From Gemmatimonadaceae bacterium (GTDB lineage Bacteria; Gemmatimonadota; Gemmatimonadetes; Gemmatimonadales; Gemmatimonadaceae), in assembly GCA_040901985.1 (NCBI GenBank), contig JBBDYC010000017.1:128001-192000 (forward strand): a stretch of 64,000 nt of DNA, written 5' to 3'. Shown here one piece after another: positions 18,321 to 27,866 of the stretch. A program made the translations under genes and the position numbers. How positions within the stretch are numbered: position 1 is the first letter of the stretch; each line of letters starts with the position of its first letter. The notes beneath the pieces are model-generated. The model was given only the letters and a program-made list of their open reading frames with translations, ran no database searches and was not told the DNA's origin.

Positions 18321-19541
18321 ATGGTCACCGCGTTCATGGACATGGTGGGGCTCCTCATGGTGCTCCCCCTGCTTCCGTACTATGCGACGCGGTTCGTCGG
18401 CCACGGGCCCCTCTGGCGCGCGCTCGATAGCCTCGGGATGGGGGGCGAGGGCGCGGTAATCGCGCTCCTGGTCTCGTCGTTCGCCGTCGCCCAGCTGATC
18501 AGCGCGCCGGTCTGGGGACGGGTCTCCGACCGCTTCGGCCGGCGACCGGCCCTCCTCGTCGGACTCGCCGCGAGCGGCATCGCCTACATCGTCTTCGCGT
18601 TCGCCGGCAGTCTCGAACTGCTCTTCCTCTCCCGGCTGGTCCAGGGTGCCGGCGGCGGCACGGTGAGCGTGATCCAGGCCTACGTCGCCGACGCCACCGA
18701 ACCGTCGGACCGCGCCAAGGCGCTCGGCTGGCTCTCTGCCGCCACCAATGCGGGGGTCGCGCTGGGCCCGGTGATAGGCTCGTTCGCCGCCCGCGTCAGC
18801 TTCGCCGCCCCCGGGCTCTTTGCGGCTGCGCTCACGATCGTCAACATCGCCTTCGCCTGGAAGTACCTCACCGAATCGAATGTCCACGCCAACGCGAAGA
18901 CGTCGGAGCGGCCGGTGGTCTCGGGGTCACGCGAGACCCTGCGGCGCGTCGTCACGCATCCCGGCCTCCCGGCGAGCCGCCTGATCTGGATCTACGCCAT
19001 CGGGATGGGCGCCTTCCAGGGGATGACCGCGATCCTCGCGCTGTTCCTGTTCGACCGGTTTGCGATTGACGAGACGAGCATCGGCTGGGTGTTCATGTAC
19101 ATCGGCATCCTCTCGGTCGTCGCGCGCGCGCTCCTGCTGGGGCCGGCGGTGGACCGCTTCCGCGAGCCGCGGCTGTCGCGCCTCGGAACCGTCCTCCTCG
19201 CGCTCGGACTCGCGGCGATCCCGTTCTCCCACGACTACTTCACCCTCGCCATCGCAATCGGGCTCATCCCGCTCGGCACTGCCTTCACCTTCCCCTGCGT
19301 CACCGGGATGCTCTCGCAGGTGATCCCCAACCACGAACGCGGCCTGTATATGGGCGTGCAACAGACCTTCGGCGGGCTGGCGCGCGTGATTGGCCCGATC
19401 TGGGCGGGATTCGCCTTCGACTATCTCGGGAAGGGCGTGCCCTTCTTCACCGGCGCGGCGCTCGCCCTCGGGACGATCTTCCTCGGCCTTGGCATCGAGG
19501 CGCATCTCACGCCGCCCAAGCCGCGCCCCGTCGCGGCCTGA
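18321..19541 (+). CDS. MFS transporter (TetA/DHA1-like)
   Basis: WGRVSDRFGRRP motif A, SRLVQGAGGG, about 12 TMs; start may instead be CTG at 18300. Confidence 0.9.
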   Translation: MVTAFMDMVGLLMVLPLLPYYATRFVGHGPLWRALDSLGMGGEGAVIALLVSSFAVAQLISAPVWGRVSDRFGRRPALLVGLAASGIAYIVFAFAGSLELLFLSRLVQGAGGGTVSVIQAYVADATEPSDRAKALGWLSAATNAGVALGPVIGSFAARVSFAAPGLFAAALTIVNIAFAWKYLTESNVHANAKTSERPVVSGSRETLRRVVTHPGLPASRLIWIYAIGMGAFQGMTAILALFLFDRFAIDETSIGWVFMYIGILSVVARALLLGPAVDRFREPRLSRLGTVLLALGLAAIPFSHDYFTLAIAIGLIPLGTAFTFPCVTGMLSQVIPNHERGLYMGVQQTFGGLARVIGPIWAGFAFDYLGKGVPFFTGAALALGTIFLGLGIEAHLTPPKPRPVAA

Positions 19542-19559
19542 CGCGCGCTCCCGCCGCGC

Positions 19560-22208
19560 CTACGGCGGCGTCAGGCCGGCAGAGAGCAGGTTCACGACGA
19601 GACGCGCCGCGCCCGGCACACCGGCCGGCAACTGCCGGAAGAGTGAGAGCGTGGTGTACACGTAGCGCCCCTGCCCGAGCGTCGCCTCGAGGATCGCGCC
19701 GCGATTCTCCGGCTCGTCGGGGTCGTTCATCCCGAGCGGCGTACGGTAGCGCCCGTCAATCTCGCCCGGCATATAAAGCGCGCGCTCCTGCACCCAGTCG
19801 GCCCAATCGTCGTCGGCGATCCGGTTCGGCCAGCGCAGCAGCCGCGACTGCGGATCGAGCACACGCACCGGCGCGTCCTCGAGCGTCACCCGCGCGGCCG
19901 GGCGCCGCAGACCAACCGGAAAGGGCATCATCCCCGGCTGCGCCATCTCGAACTGCCCGTACTGCACCAGCAGCGTGCCGCCCGAGCGCACCCACTCGAA
20001 GAGCCGCGGATTCGCCGCGCGCAGGTCCGCGCTCGCCTCGTACGCCCGCGGCCCGATGACGACCGTCGTGTACTGCGAGAGGTCGAGGAGCGGGACCTGC
20101 TCGGGACTGAGCAGCGTCACCGGGATGTCGAGCTGGCGGAGGGCGGCCGCCATTGCATCCGAGACCCCGGTCACGTACGCCACGCGCAGGGCGCGCGGCA
20201 CCGTCACCGGTACCGCCTGGAGATACATCGCCGACTGGCGGTAGAGGCGCAGGGGGCGGATGTGCGGATATTCGATCGCCGTGAAGCCCTCCACATACGT
20301 CACGCCGTCGGAGACGGCGCCGATGCCGAACTCGTGGCGTCCGGCGCCCAGCTGCCCGGCCAGCGAAACGTAAATCTCCCGCGCCGCGCCGGCCGCGAGG
20401 ACGAGCGAATCGGGAACGCCGGTGGCGCGGACGCCCGCGGGCAGCAACAGGCGAAAGCGGAGCGTGCGTGGCTGCGTCGTGTGCGATTGCAAGGTCACAC
20501 GGAGCCGTCGGTCGAGCGGCTGGCCGGCGCGTACGTACTCGAGGCCGCGATCGAGCGCGATCGTGATCTGCGGCACGCCGCCGACCGGTCGGTTCTGCTC
20601 ACCGAGCACGGGATCGGCGAAGCGCCGGATCACGCTCCCGCCCTCGGCGACAAACGCAACCCCCGCCACCTCGATCCGGGCGCGCACCGTCGAGACGCGT
20701 CGCGCGTCCTCGGCCAGCGACACGCTCGGCACCAGCTCCGTGGAGACGCCGTACGACACTCGCGACTCGGCGTCGGCCGGTGACCGCGAGTCGGGGAACA
20801 TCCCACCGCCGGCGCGGCCGCCGATCCACCACGGTCGCAGGTCCACGAGCCCAACCACCCAGGCCTGGAGCACCGTGTCGGCGCCGGCGGGGATGATCAC
20901 CGGCTGCGCCGGCTCCCGCGGAGGCGACCCCGTCAGGCGAAGCTCGTGGAGTGTCACCGGATGCGCACCGCGGTTGTAGATGTGGACGCGCACGTTCAGG
21001 GAGTCGCCGAATGCGACGAGTTCCTGTTGCGCCACCGCCTCGATGAGCACGCCGGCCGCCTGCGCGAGCGCGGCGCGGGCGCGACCGTGGAGCCGCTCGA
21101 CCACCGCGTCGAGCGCAATCTCCTCGGCGTCGCAGGTCGGCGGCGGCCTGTTGATGCTCTGATACGTCGTGATCGGCACCAACTCGCAGCGCATCACCGC
21201 GGCCCGGGCTTCCTCCGTGAGCGCCACCACGCGGGCGAGTCCCGGCACAAGCGCCGATGGCCGCCGCAGGTCTGCCGTGCGGCGGAGCGAATCCACCACC
21301 GGCGCCACTGCCGCGAGCATCGCGGCGCGCCCACCGGTGAGCGTGGTGAGTCGCGCAAAGCTCGTGTCAATCCCGTCGAAGAGCGACCGCTCCTCGGTCG
21401 CCGGTGTGGACTCGTTCACCAACGAGAGTTCGCGCGTCAACCGCGTCTGGGCGGCACCGCGCCGCTGCAGCACGCCGAAGCCCTGCGAGCGATGCTGCGA
21501 CCGGCTCTCGCCGGCGATCTCCGCCGGGCTCCGTCCGAGCACCGCGTCGTACGTCCCGACTTCCATCGTCAGCGTCGCCGGCCGGTTCCGGCTCCAGGCA
21601 CCGCGGTAGAACTTCGACGGCCCCCACGGCCGGCCGTGGGTGCTCACCGGAAAACGCACGGTGTCCATCGCCGCTTCGAAGCCGGCGCGCGCAACGATTC
21701 CCGCCGCCTGGTGATGACCGTGCCCGTCCGCCGGCGTGCCGGAGAACACCGAGACGACCACCTGCGGCCGGAAGGCGCGGATCACCCGCACGACGTCGCC
21801 AGTGAGCTGCTCGCGGTCCCAGTGTCGGAAGGTCTCCTCGGCCGACTTGGAGAATCCGAAGTCGTAGGCGCGGGTGAAGAACTGGTGCGCGCCATCCACC
21901 CGCCGCGCCGCCAGCAGTTCCTCGGTGCGAATCGCGCCGAGCGCCTCGCCGAGTTCGTTGCCGATCAGGTTCTGCCCGCCATCGCCGCGGGTGAGCGAGA
22001 GATAGGCGGCGTGTACCTGATGCCCGCGCACCAGTTCGGCGAGCAGTTGGGTGTCCTCGTCGTCCGGATGGGCGCCGACCATCAGGACGCGGCTGGTGAC
22101 CGTCAGGCCGCGGAGGAGTTGGTCCAGCGCCGGTGCGCCACGTTCCTGCCCGGGGGCAAGGCGCGGCGCGAGGACCAACAGCAGGAGGGCGAACGCGCGG
22201 ACGCTCAC
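19560..22208 (-). CDS. Secreted PIG-L/LmbE-family deacetylase with C-terminal accessory domains
   Basis: Signal peptide; GAHPDDED, TRGDGGQN, RTEELLAAR, HGHH; GTG overlaps the sucA stop. Confidence 0.9.
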   Translation of the reverse strand: MSVRAFALLLLVLAPRLAPGQERGAPALDQLLRGLTVTSRVLMVGAHPDDEDTQLLAELVRGHQVHAAYLSLTRGDGGQNLIGNELGEALGAIRTEELLAARRVDGAHQFFTRAYDFGFSKSAEETFRHWDREQLTGDVVRVIRAFRPQVVVSVFSGTPADGHGHHQAAGIVARAGFEAAMDTVRFPVSTHGRPWGPSKFYRGAWSRNRPATLTMEVGTYDAVLGRSPAEIAGESRSQHRSQGFGVLQRRGAAQTRLTRELSLVNESTPATEERSLFDGIDTSFARLTTLTGGRAAMLAAVAPVVDSLRRTADLRRPSALVPGLARVVALTEEARAAVMRCELVPITTYQSINRPPPTCDAEEIALDAVVERLHGRARAALAQAAGVLIEAVAQQELVAFGDSLNVRVHIYNRGAHPVTLHELRLTGSPPREPAQPVIIPAGADTVLQAWVVGLVDLRPWWIGGRAGGGMFPDSRSPADAESRVSYGVSTELVPSVSLAEDARRVSTVRARIEVAGVAFVAEGGSVIRRFADPVLGEQNRPVGGVPQITIALDRGLEYVRAGQPLDRRLRVTLQSHTTQPRTLRFRLLLPAGVRATGVPDSLVLAAGAAREIYVSLAGQLGAGRHEFGIGAVSDGVTYVEGFTAIEYPHIRPLRLYRQSAMYLQAVPVTVPRALRVAYVTGVSDAMAAALRQLDIPVTLLSPEQVPLLDLSQYTTVVIGPRAYEASADLRAANPRLFEWVRSGGTLLVQYGQFEMAQPGMMPFPVGLRRPAARVTLEDAPVRVLDPQSRLLRWPNRIADDDWADWVQERALYMPGEIDGRYRTPLGMNDPDEPENRGAILEATLGQGRYVYTTLSLFRQLPAGVPGAARLVVNLLSAGLTPP

Positions 22209-25030
22209 CGCGGCGGCGACGCCATTGCTGAGGCACGCCGCGCGCCCGTCTGCCGCACCGGGCCCTGCAGCGCCTCGGCGACGATGCGCGCCTGTTCCTC
22301 GCCGTGCGCGTCGGCAAACCCCTCGGCGGGACTCGCGCGCTCGGGCCGGCCGTAGTAGCGGATGACGAGCGCGTTCCCGGTCGAGACGCGTAGCCGCGGC
22401 GCGACGAAGCTCCAGGCACCCATATTCTTCGGCTCCTCCTGCACCCACGCCACCTCGTCAATCTGCGGATAGAGGTCAACGATCCGCTCAAGTTCCTCGT
22501 GCGGCCACGGATACAGCTCCTCGACGCGCACCACGGCGACGCTCTCGGGGACGCCCGGCGCGATGAGGTCGTAGTAGACCTTGCCGGTGCAGAAGATCAG
22601 GCGCTTCACCTTGTCGCGCTTTTCCGCGCCCGCCGGATCGTCAATCGCCGGACGGAACGTGCCCTGCGAGAGCTCGGCCACCGCCGACGCCGCCTGCGCG
22701 AGCCGGAGCAGCGACTTGGGCTGCATCAACACGAGCGGCCGCCGCCGCTTCAACCGTGCCTGCCGCCGCAGGATGTGAAAGTACTGGGCCGGCGAGCTGG
22801 GATACGCCACCCGCAGGTTCCCCTCCGCGCAGAGCTGGAGGAAGCGTTCGAGTCGGGCGCTCGAATGTTCCGGCCCCTGCCCCTCGTAGCCGTGCGGCAG
22901 GAGCAACACGAGCCCCGAGTCCTGCGCCCATTTCGCGCGGTCGGACGCGATGAACTGGTCAATGATTGGCTGCGCGACATTCCCGAAATCACCGAACTGC
23001 GCTTCCCAGAGCGTCAGCGTGTCCGGTGTTGCCACGCTGAACCCGTACTCGAAGCCAAGCACGGCCATCTCCGAAAGCGGTGAGTTGAAGATCTCGAACC
23101 GGCCAACGGCGCCCGGGAGATGGGCGAGCGGCACGTGCGTCCGGGCGTCCTTCACGTCGTGGAGCACAGCGTGGCGGTGCGAGAAGGTCCCGCGCTCCAC
23201 GTCCTGCCCGGAGATCCGGATGGGCGTCCCCTCGGCGACGATTGACGCGAACGCGAGCTGCTCGGCGTGCCCCCAGTCAATCGCCGGTTCGGCGCCGAGC
23301 GCATCGCGGCGGCGCTCGAGCTGCTTGGCCAGCCGCGGATGCGGCGTGAAGTCGCTCGGGTAGGTCAGCAACGCGGTGTTCCACGCCGCGAGCCGGTCGG
23401 CGGGGACCGCCGTCGCCGCCGTGGACGAGGCTGGCTCGGCCGACGCCGCGGCTGGTGCCGCGGCTATAGTTGCGGCTGCAGTCGCCGCGTGCGGCTCGTC
23501 CGGCGCCGCCTTCGAACGCTCGTACGCCGCCTGGTACCCGGCGGCCACTTCCTTCTCGAGCGCCTCGACCTGCTCGGCAGTGACCACGCCGGCCTTCACG
23601 AGCCGCGCACCCCACACCTGGCGCGCCGTCGGGTGGGCCTTCACCCGCTCATAGAGGCGCGGTTGCGTGTAGGTCGGCTCGTCGCCCTCGTTGTGGCCCC
23701 ATCGCCGGTAGCCGACGAGGTCCACCAGGAAGTCCTTGCCGAACGCCGTGCGGTATGCCACCGCGATCCGCATCGCGATGACGCACCCCTCGGCGTCATC
23801 GGCGTTGACGTGGATGATGGGTGTCTCGAATCCCTTTGCCACGTCGCTCGCGTAGCGCGTCGAACGCGCGTCGGTGGGGTCGGTGGTGAAGCCAATCTGG
23901 TTGTTGGTGATGACGTGGAGCGTGCCGCCGACGCGGTAGCCGCGGAGACGCGAGAGGTTGAACGTCTCGGCAACGACCCCCTCACCGGGGAACGCCGCAT
24001 CGCCGTGGATGCAGATCGGGACGACCGCCTTCTCGTCGCGGACCGACGCGTCCGACGCGTTCCGCTGGCGGGCCCGCACGTTGCCCTGCAGCACCGGGTT
24101 CACCATCTCGAGGTGGCTCGGGTTCGGCATCAGCGAGACGCGCACTTCCCCGCTCGGCGTCGCGTGCGTGCCTTCGAAGCCGAGGTGGTACTTCACGTCA
24201 CCGGTCGACGCCTCCGCGAGATGCCCGTGCCGCCCCTGGAACTCGCCGAGGATCGTCTCGATCGGCTTGTCGAGCACGTGTGCGAGGACGCTGATCCGCC
24301 CGCGGTGCGCCATCGAGATCGCGATTGCCCTGGCGCCCGCGGCGGCGGCCGCGTCAATCGCCGTGTCGAGCATCGGCACGAGTGCGTCGAGTCCCTCGAT
24401 CGAGAAGCGCTTGTAGCCGACGAACGTCCGGCCGAGGAAGCGCTCGAACCCGTCCACCTCGGTCAGTCGCCGCAACACCGCGCGGTTCTCGTCCGCGGTG
24501 AGGGGGCGCGTCAGCTGCTCCTCGGTGAAGAGCCGGCGGAACCACATCCGCTCCTCGTCGCTCCCGATGTGTCCCATCTCGACCGCGAGGTTGGTGCAAT
24601 AGCGCTTGCGAAGGCGTTCGGCGACGTCGCGCGCCGTGGCGAGATGCGGAAAGCCGATTGACGCGCCGCTGACCGTCGCCAGGTCGGCGTCGGTGATCCG
24701 ATGAAACTCCTGCGTCAGCTCACGCGCGCCCGGCGGTGGCGATCCGAGCGGGTCGAGCGGCACCGAGAGGTGGCCGTACGCCCGGATGGCCGAGGTATAG
24801 CGGGCAGCGTTGGCGACGACGCGCGCGTACTCCGCGCTTCCGGCGCCGCCGGCCGTGGCAGGCGCGGCCGGGTCGGCGGAGGCGGCCGGGTCGCGCCCCA
24901 TCACCTGCTCGGCGAATCGGAAGAACTGGCGCCACGACTCCTCTACCGAAGCGGGATTCCGACGATAGGCCTCGAACTGTTCCGCGGCATAGGCGTCGTT
25001 GAAGACGCTCGCGATCGGCTCCTGGGGCAT
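22205..25030 (-). CDS. sucA: 2-oxoglutarate dehydrogenase E1
   Basis: KRFSIEG, MAHRGR, GDVKYHLG, NPSHLE, HGDAAFPGEG, WEAQFGDF, PHGYEGQGPEHSSAR. Confidence 0.96.
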   Translation of the reverse strand: MPQEPIASVFNDAYAAEQFEAYRRNPASVEESWRQFFRFAEQVMGRDPAASADPAAPATAGGAGSAEYARVVANAARYTSAIRAYGHLSVPLDPLGSPPPGARELTQEFHRITDADLATVSGASIGFPHLATARDVAERLRKRYCTNLAVEMGHIGSDEERMWFRRLFTEEQLTRPLTADENRAVLRRLTEVDGFERFLGRTFVGYKRFSIEGLDALVPMLDTAIDAAAAAGARAIAISMAHRGRISVLAHVLDKPIETILGEFQGRHGHLAEASTGDVKYHLGFEGTHATPSGEVRVSLMPNPSHLEMVNPVLQGNVRARQRNASDASVRDEKAVVPICIHGDAAFPGEGVVAETFNLSRLRGYRVGGTLHVITNNQIGFTTDPTDARSTRYASDVAKGFETPIIHVNADDAEGCVIAMRIAVAYRTAFGKDFLVDLVGYRRWGHNEGDEPTYTQPRLYERVKAHPTARQVWGARLVKAGVVTAEQVEALEKEVAAGYQAAYERSKAAPDEPHAATAAATIAAAPAAASAEPASSTAATAVPADRLAAWNTALLTYPSDFTPHPRLAKQLERRRDALGAEPAIDWGHAEQLAFASIVAEGTPIRISGQDVERGTFSHRHAVLHDVKDARTHVPLAHLPGAVGRFEIFNSPLSEMAVLGFEYGFSVATPDTLTLWEAQFGDFGNVAQPIIDQFIASDRAKWAQDSGLVLLLPHGYEGQGPEHSSARLERFLQLCAEGNLRVAYPSSPAQYFHILRRQARLKRRRPLVLMQPKSLLRLAQAASAVAELSQGTFRPAIDDPAGAEKRDKVKRLIFCTGKVYYDLIAPGVPESVAVVRVEELYPWPHEELERIVDLYPQIDEVAWVQEEPKNMGAWSFVAPRLRVSTGNALVIRYYGRPERASPAEGFADAHGEEQARIVAEALQGPVRQTGARRASAMASPPR

Positions 25031-25086
25031 ATCGGAAATCTAATCGAGCGCCCTCTGCCAGCGGCCGTCCGCCGCGCGGCGCGCCG

Positions 25087-27114
25087 TCAGCCGATGCCCG
25101 CCAGCCGGTCGTGGACGGCGAGGGCGTTGGCCGGCCGGGCGGCCGGCTCCTTCGCGAGCATCTCGACGATCAGCGCGTCGAGCGCCGGCGGCACATCCGG
25201 GTTGAGCGTGCGCGGCGGCACGGGAACGTCCTCCAGCAGTCGGGCAATCAGCTGGTACGGCGTCTCCGCGGTGATCGGCGGCTTGCCGGTCACGCATTCG
25301 TAGAGCACGCAGCCGGCCGAGTAGATGTCGGCGCGCGCATCGAGTTCCTTCCCCATCACCTGTTCGGGCGACATGTACTCCGGCGTCCCGACGATCATCC
25401 CCGCCTGCGTGACGCCGGACTGTTCGGGGCGCGTCGCCAGCCGCGCGATGCCGAAGTCCATCACCTTCAGCACACCGTTTGGCTCGACGACCATGTTGTG
25501 CGGCTTGATGTCGCGGTGGATCACCCCCTGCTCGTGGGCGATCTCCAGCGCACGGGCGAGCTGCTTGCCGACCGAGAGGGCGACCGCCACCGGCACCTTC
25601 CCCCGCAGCTTGATCAGGTCCCGCAGCGAGCGCCCTTCGACGTACTCCATCGTGATGTAGTAGATGCCCCCGCTCTCGCCGAGGTCGTGCGTCCGCACGA
25701 CGTTCCGGTGCGAGATTCGCCGGGCCAGCCGGATCTCACTCTTGAAGCGTTCGAGCGCCGTCGGATCCTGGTCGAGGAAGTCGCCCTTCAGCGTCTTGAT
25801 CGCGATGACCTCGCCGAGTTCGGTGTCCACCGCCTTGAACACGGTGCCCATTCCGCCCTCGCCCAGGATCTCCTTCACCTCGTAGCGGCCGGCGAACCGA
25901 CTCCCCGGCACCAGGCCCTCGGCGGCGATCCGCTGTTGGCTCGTCCCCGTCATTGCCGGAAGTTGGACCGTCTTCGCCTGCTCGGCGCCGCTGAGGAACT
26001 CCACCAGCTGCTGTTTCTCGCGCAGGTCGGCGAGCAGCTGGCGGAAGGCGGAGGCCAGCGCGCCGATCTCGTCCCGTGACGTGGCGGTGATCTCGGCCGC
26101 GTAGTCGCCGTCCGACGCACGGCGCGCGGCGGCGGCAAGCTTGGCCACCGGGCGCGTCACCCAGCGCGCGACGAGGAGCGAGAAGAGGGCGGCGAAGACG
26201 ATTCCCAGCCCGCCGCTGAGGAAGATGGTCCGCTGCAACTGGTTGAAGGCGGCGAACTCGGCCGCCCGATTGCGCAGCAGGACGAAGCCGCCCAGCGGGA
26301 AGCCTCCCGCCGACCGGAGGATTCCTCCGGCCGCGACGTTCCGCTGGCCGGCGAGCTCGATCTCGATCAACGAATCGGTCGCCATCGAGGACAGCGCGGC
26401 GTGGAGCGGTTCGAGCGCCGCGTCGAGTTCCGGTCCACTTGGCACCGTCGAACCCGAGACAAGCGGCGCGTCGTGCTCATCGAGGAGGTAGAACAGTACG
26501 TCAATCTCGGTCGCCGCCTGCTGCCTGATGATTCCGGCGAACGCCGCGTCCACGTTGCGCGCCGCCATCAGCGCGCCATAGACCCGACTGTCGTCGGCGA
26601 TCGGAACGACGGCCACCTGCACGAGCATCGTGTCGCCGCTGACGCCGAACCCGGTGACCAGCGAGCCCTCGAGCGCATTGCCGAACGCCGGCGAGTGCGC
26701 GAGCGTGTCCGCCTCCGCCTGCGGTTCGTCGCTCTTCGCGAGGCGAATCCCCTCGGCGTCAACGATCTGCACCCAGTCGGCGCCGATCTGCTCGGTCGCC
26801 ACGACCGACTGGTCGAGGACGTCGCTGAACCGCCGCTGGCGGACAACGTCGCGGAAGTTCGGGTTGCTGGCGAAGACGTCGGCCGAGTTGAGCAGGCCCT
26901 CGACCCGCCCGCTGAGCTGCGCGTTCAGCGCCTCGCGCGCCGAGCCAAGCACGCGGTGCACCGACGCGTCCGCCGCCGCCGTCGCCGAGCGCGCTGTGAC
27001 CGCCAGCGTCACGCCGAGAATCACCACGACGACCACCGCCGTGCCGACGAAGACCTTGAGTGTGAGACTGAGGCCGCGCGAACTCACGTGGGTGGGGTCA
27101 GAATGACGGGGCAC
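25087..27114 (-). CDS. Membrane Ser/Thr kinase: TM - periplasmic (Cache-like) sensor - TM - HAMP - kinase
   Basis: Two TMs; HAMP TRPVAKLAAAARRASDGDY...RDEIGALASAF; GEGGMGTVF, AIK, HRDIKPHN, DFG, GTPEYMSPE. Confidence 0.92.
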   Translation of the reverse strand: MPRHSDPTHVSSRGLSLTLKVFVGTAVVVVVILGVTLAVTARSATAAADASVHRVLGSAREALNAQLSGRVEGLLNSADVFASNPNFRDVVRQRRFSDVLDQSVVATEQIGADWVQIVDAEGIRLAKSDEPQAEADTLAHSPAFGNALEGSLVTGFGVSGDTMLVQVAVVPIADDSRVYGALMAARNVDAAFAGIIRQQAATEIDVLFYLLDEHDAPLVSGSTVPSGPELDAALEPLHAALSSMATDSLIEIELAGQRNVAAGGILRSAGGFPLGGFVLLRNRAAEFAAFNQLQRTIFLSGGLGIVFAALFSLLVARWVTRPVAKLAAAARRASDGDYAAEITATSRDEIGALASAFRQLLADLREKQQLVEFLSGAEQAKTVQLPAMTGTSQQRIAAEGLVPGSRFAGRYEVKEILGEGGMGTVFKAVDTELGEVIAIKTLKGDFLDQDPTALERFKSEIRLARRISHRNVVRTHDLGESGGIYYITMEYVEGRSLRDLIKLRGKVPVAVALSVGKQLARALEIAHEQGVIHRDIKPHNMVVEPNGVLKVMDFGIARLATRPEQSGVTQAGMIVGTPEYMSPEQVMGKELDARADIYSAGCVLYECVTGKPPITAETPYQLIARLLEDVPVPPRTLNPDVPPALDALIVEMLAKEPAARPANALAVHDRLAGIG

Positions 27115-27813
27115 TCAGTAGCGGTCGCGACCGGTTCGGTCGTACTCGCGGCCGAACTTGTTCTTGTGTTGGGCAAACCGGAATCCGCGCGCGTCGAGTT
27201 GCGCGTCGGCGCCGCTCCGCCCGCCGGTGGCCACCACGAGCTCCTGCACCACTTCGCTCGCGCGTTCGTGCCATACGTGCAGCGCGTACGTCCCCGCCGG
27301 CACGTTCTCGATGGTCCAGCGGCCGTCATTTCCCGCCTGCGTATACCAGGGCGTCGGCGCCACCACGACGTATGCCGTCATCCGTGGATGGATGTTGCAG
27401 TACACGGGGTACGCCCCGCCGCGCCGGAACAGCGTCTCCTCGGACCGCCCCGACGGATAGAGCCCGAGGTCGAACACCGCGCCCGGCGTGGTCGAGAAGA
27501 TGTTGTGGCTGAACGGGTCCTGGTTCGGGAACTCCACGCGGCTCCCCGGCGTGACCACGATCACGCGCGGCACGAAGGCGCGGCCGTTCATCGCGATGGC
27601 CGCGCGGCCCGCGCGCGTGCGCGGACTCGCGCTATCGGTCCGTACAAGGTAAATAATGGTGGTGCCGAGGTCGGTGGTCTGTTCGCCCGGCCGCTCCTGG
27701 AGCGTCACACGACCGGCCACGGCGCCCTGCGCCAACGCCGGCGCCGGCGCCCAGAGCGCGGCAATCGCGACAGTGCCGAAGATCAGAACTCGGTGGCTGC
27801 GGTCCATCGTCAA
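27115..27813 (-). CDS. Exported cupredoxin-domain protein with flanking beta-sandwich (carboxypeptidase regulatory-like) segments
   Basis: Signal peptide (ALA-Q); FPNQDPFSHNIFS and YCNIHPRM type-1 copper ligand set; VPAGTYALHVWHE. Confidence 0.85.
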   Translation of the reverse strand: MTMDRSHRVLIFGTVAIAALWAPAPALAQGAVAGRVTLQERPGEQTTDLGTTIIYLVRTDSASPRTRAGRAAIAMNGRAFVPRVIVVTPGSRVEFPNQDPFSHNIFSTTPGAVFDLGLYPSGRSEETLFRRGGAYPVYCNIHPRMTAYVVVAPTPWYTQAGNDGRWTIENVPAGTYALHVWHERASEVVQELVVATGGRSGADAQLDARGFRFAQHKNKFGREYDRTGRDRY

Positions 27814-27866
27814 CGCTCCCCCTCGTTTGCGGCGTATCCGGCGCCGACCTTCCTCAGGATACCCTT

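Noticed and set aside
22205..25030. sucA without an adjacent sucB
   Set aside because: Split sucA/sucB arrangements are common; no fused E2 domain is evident.
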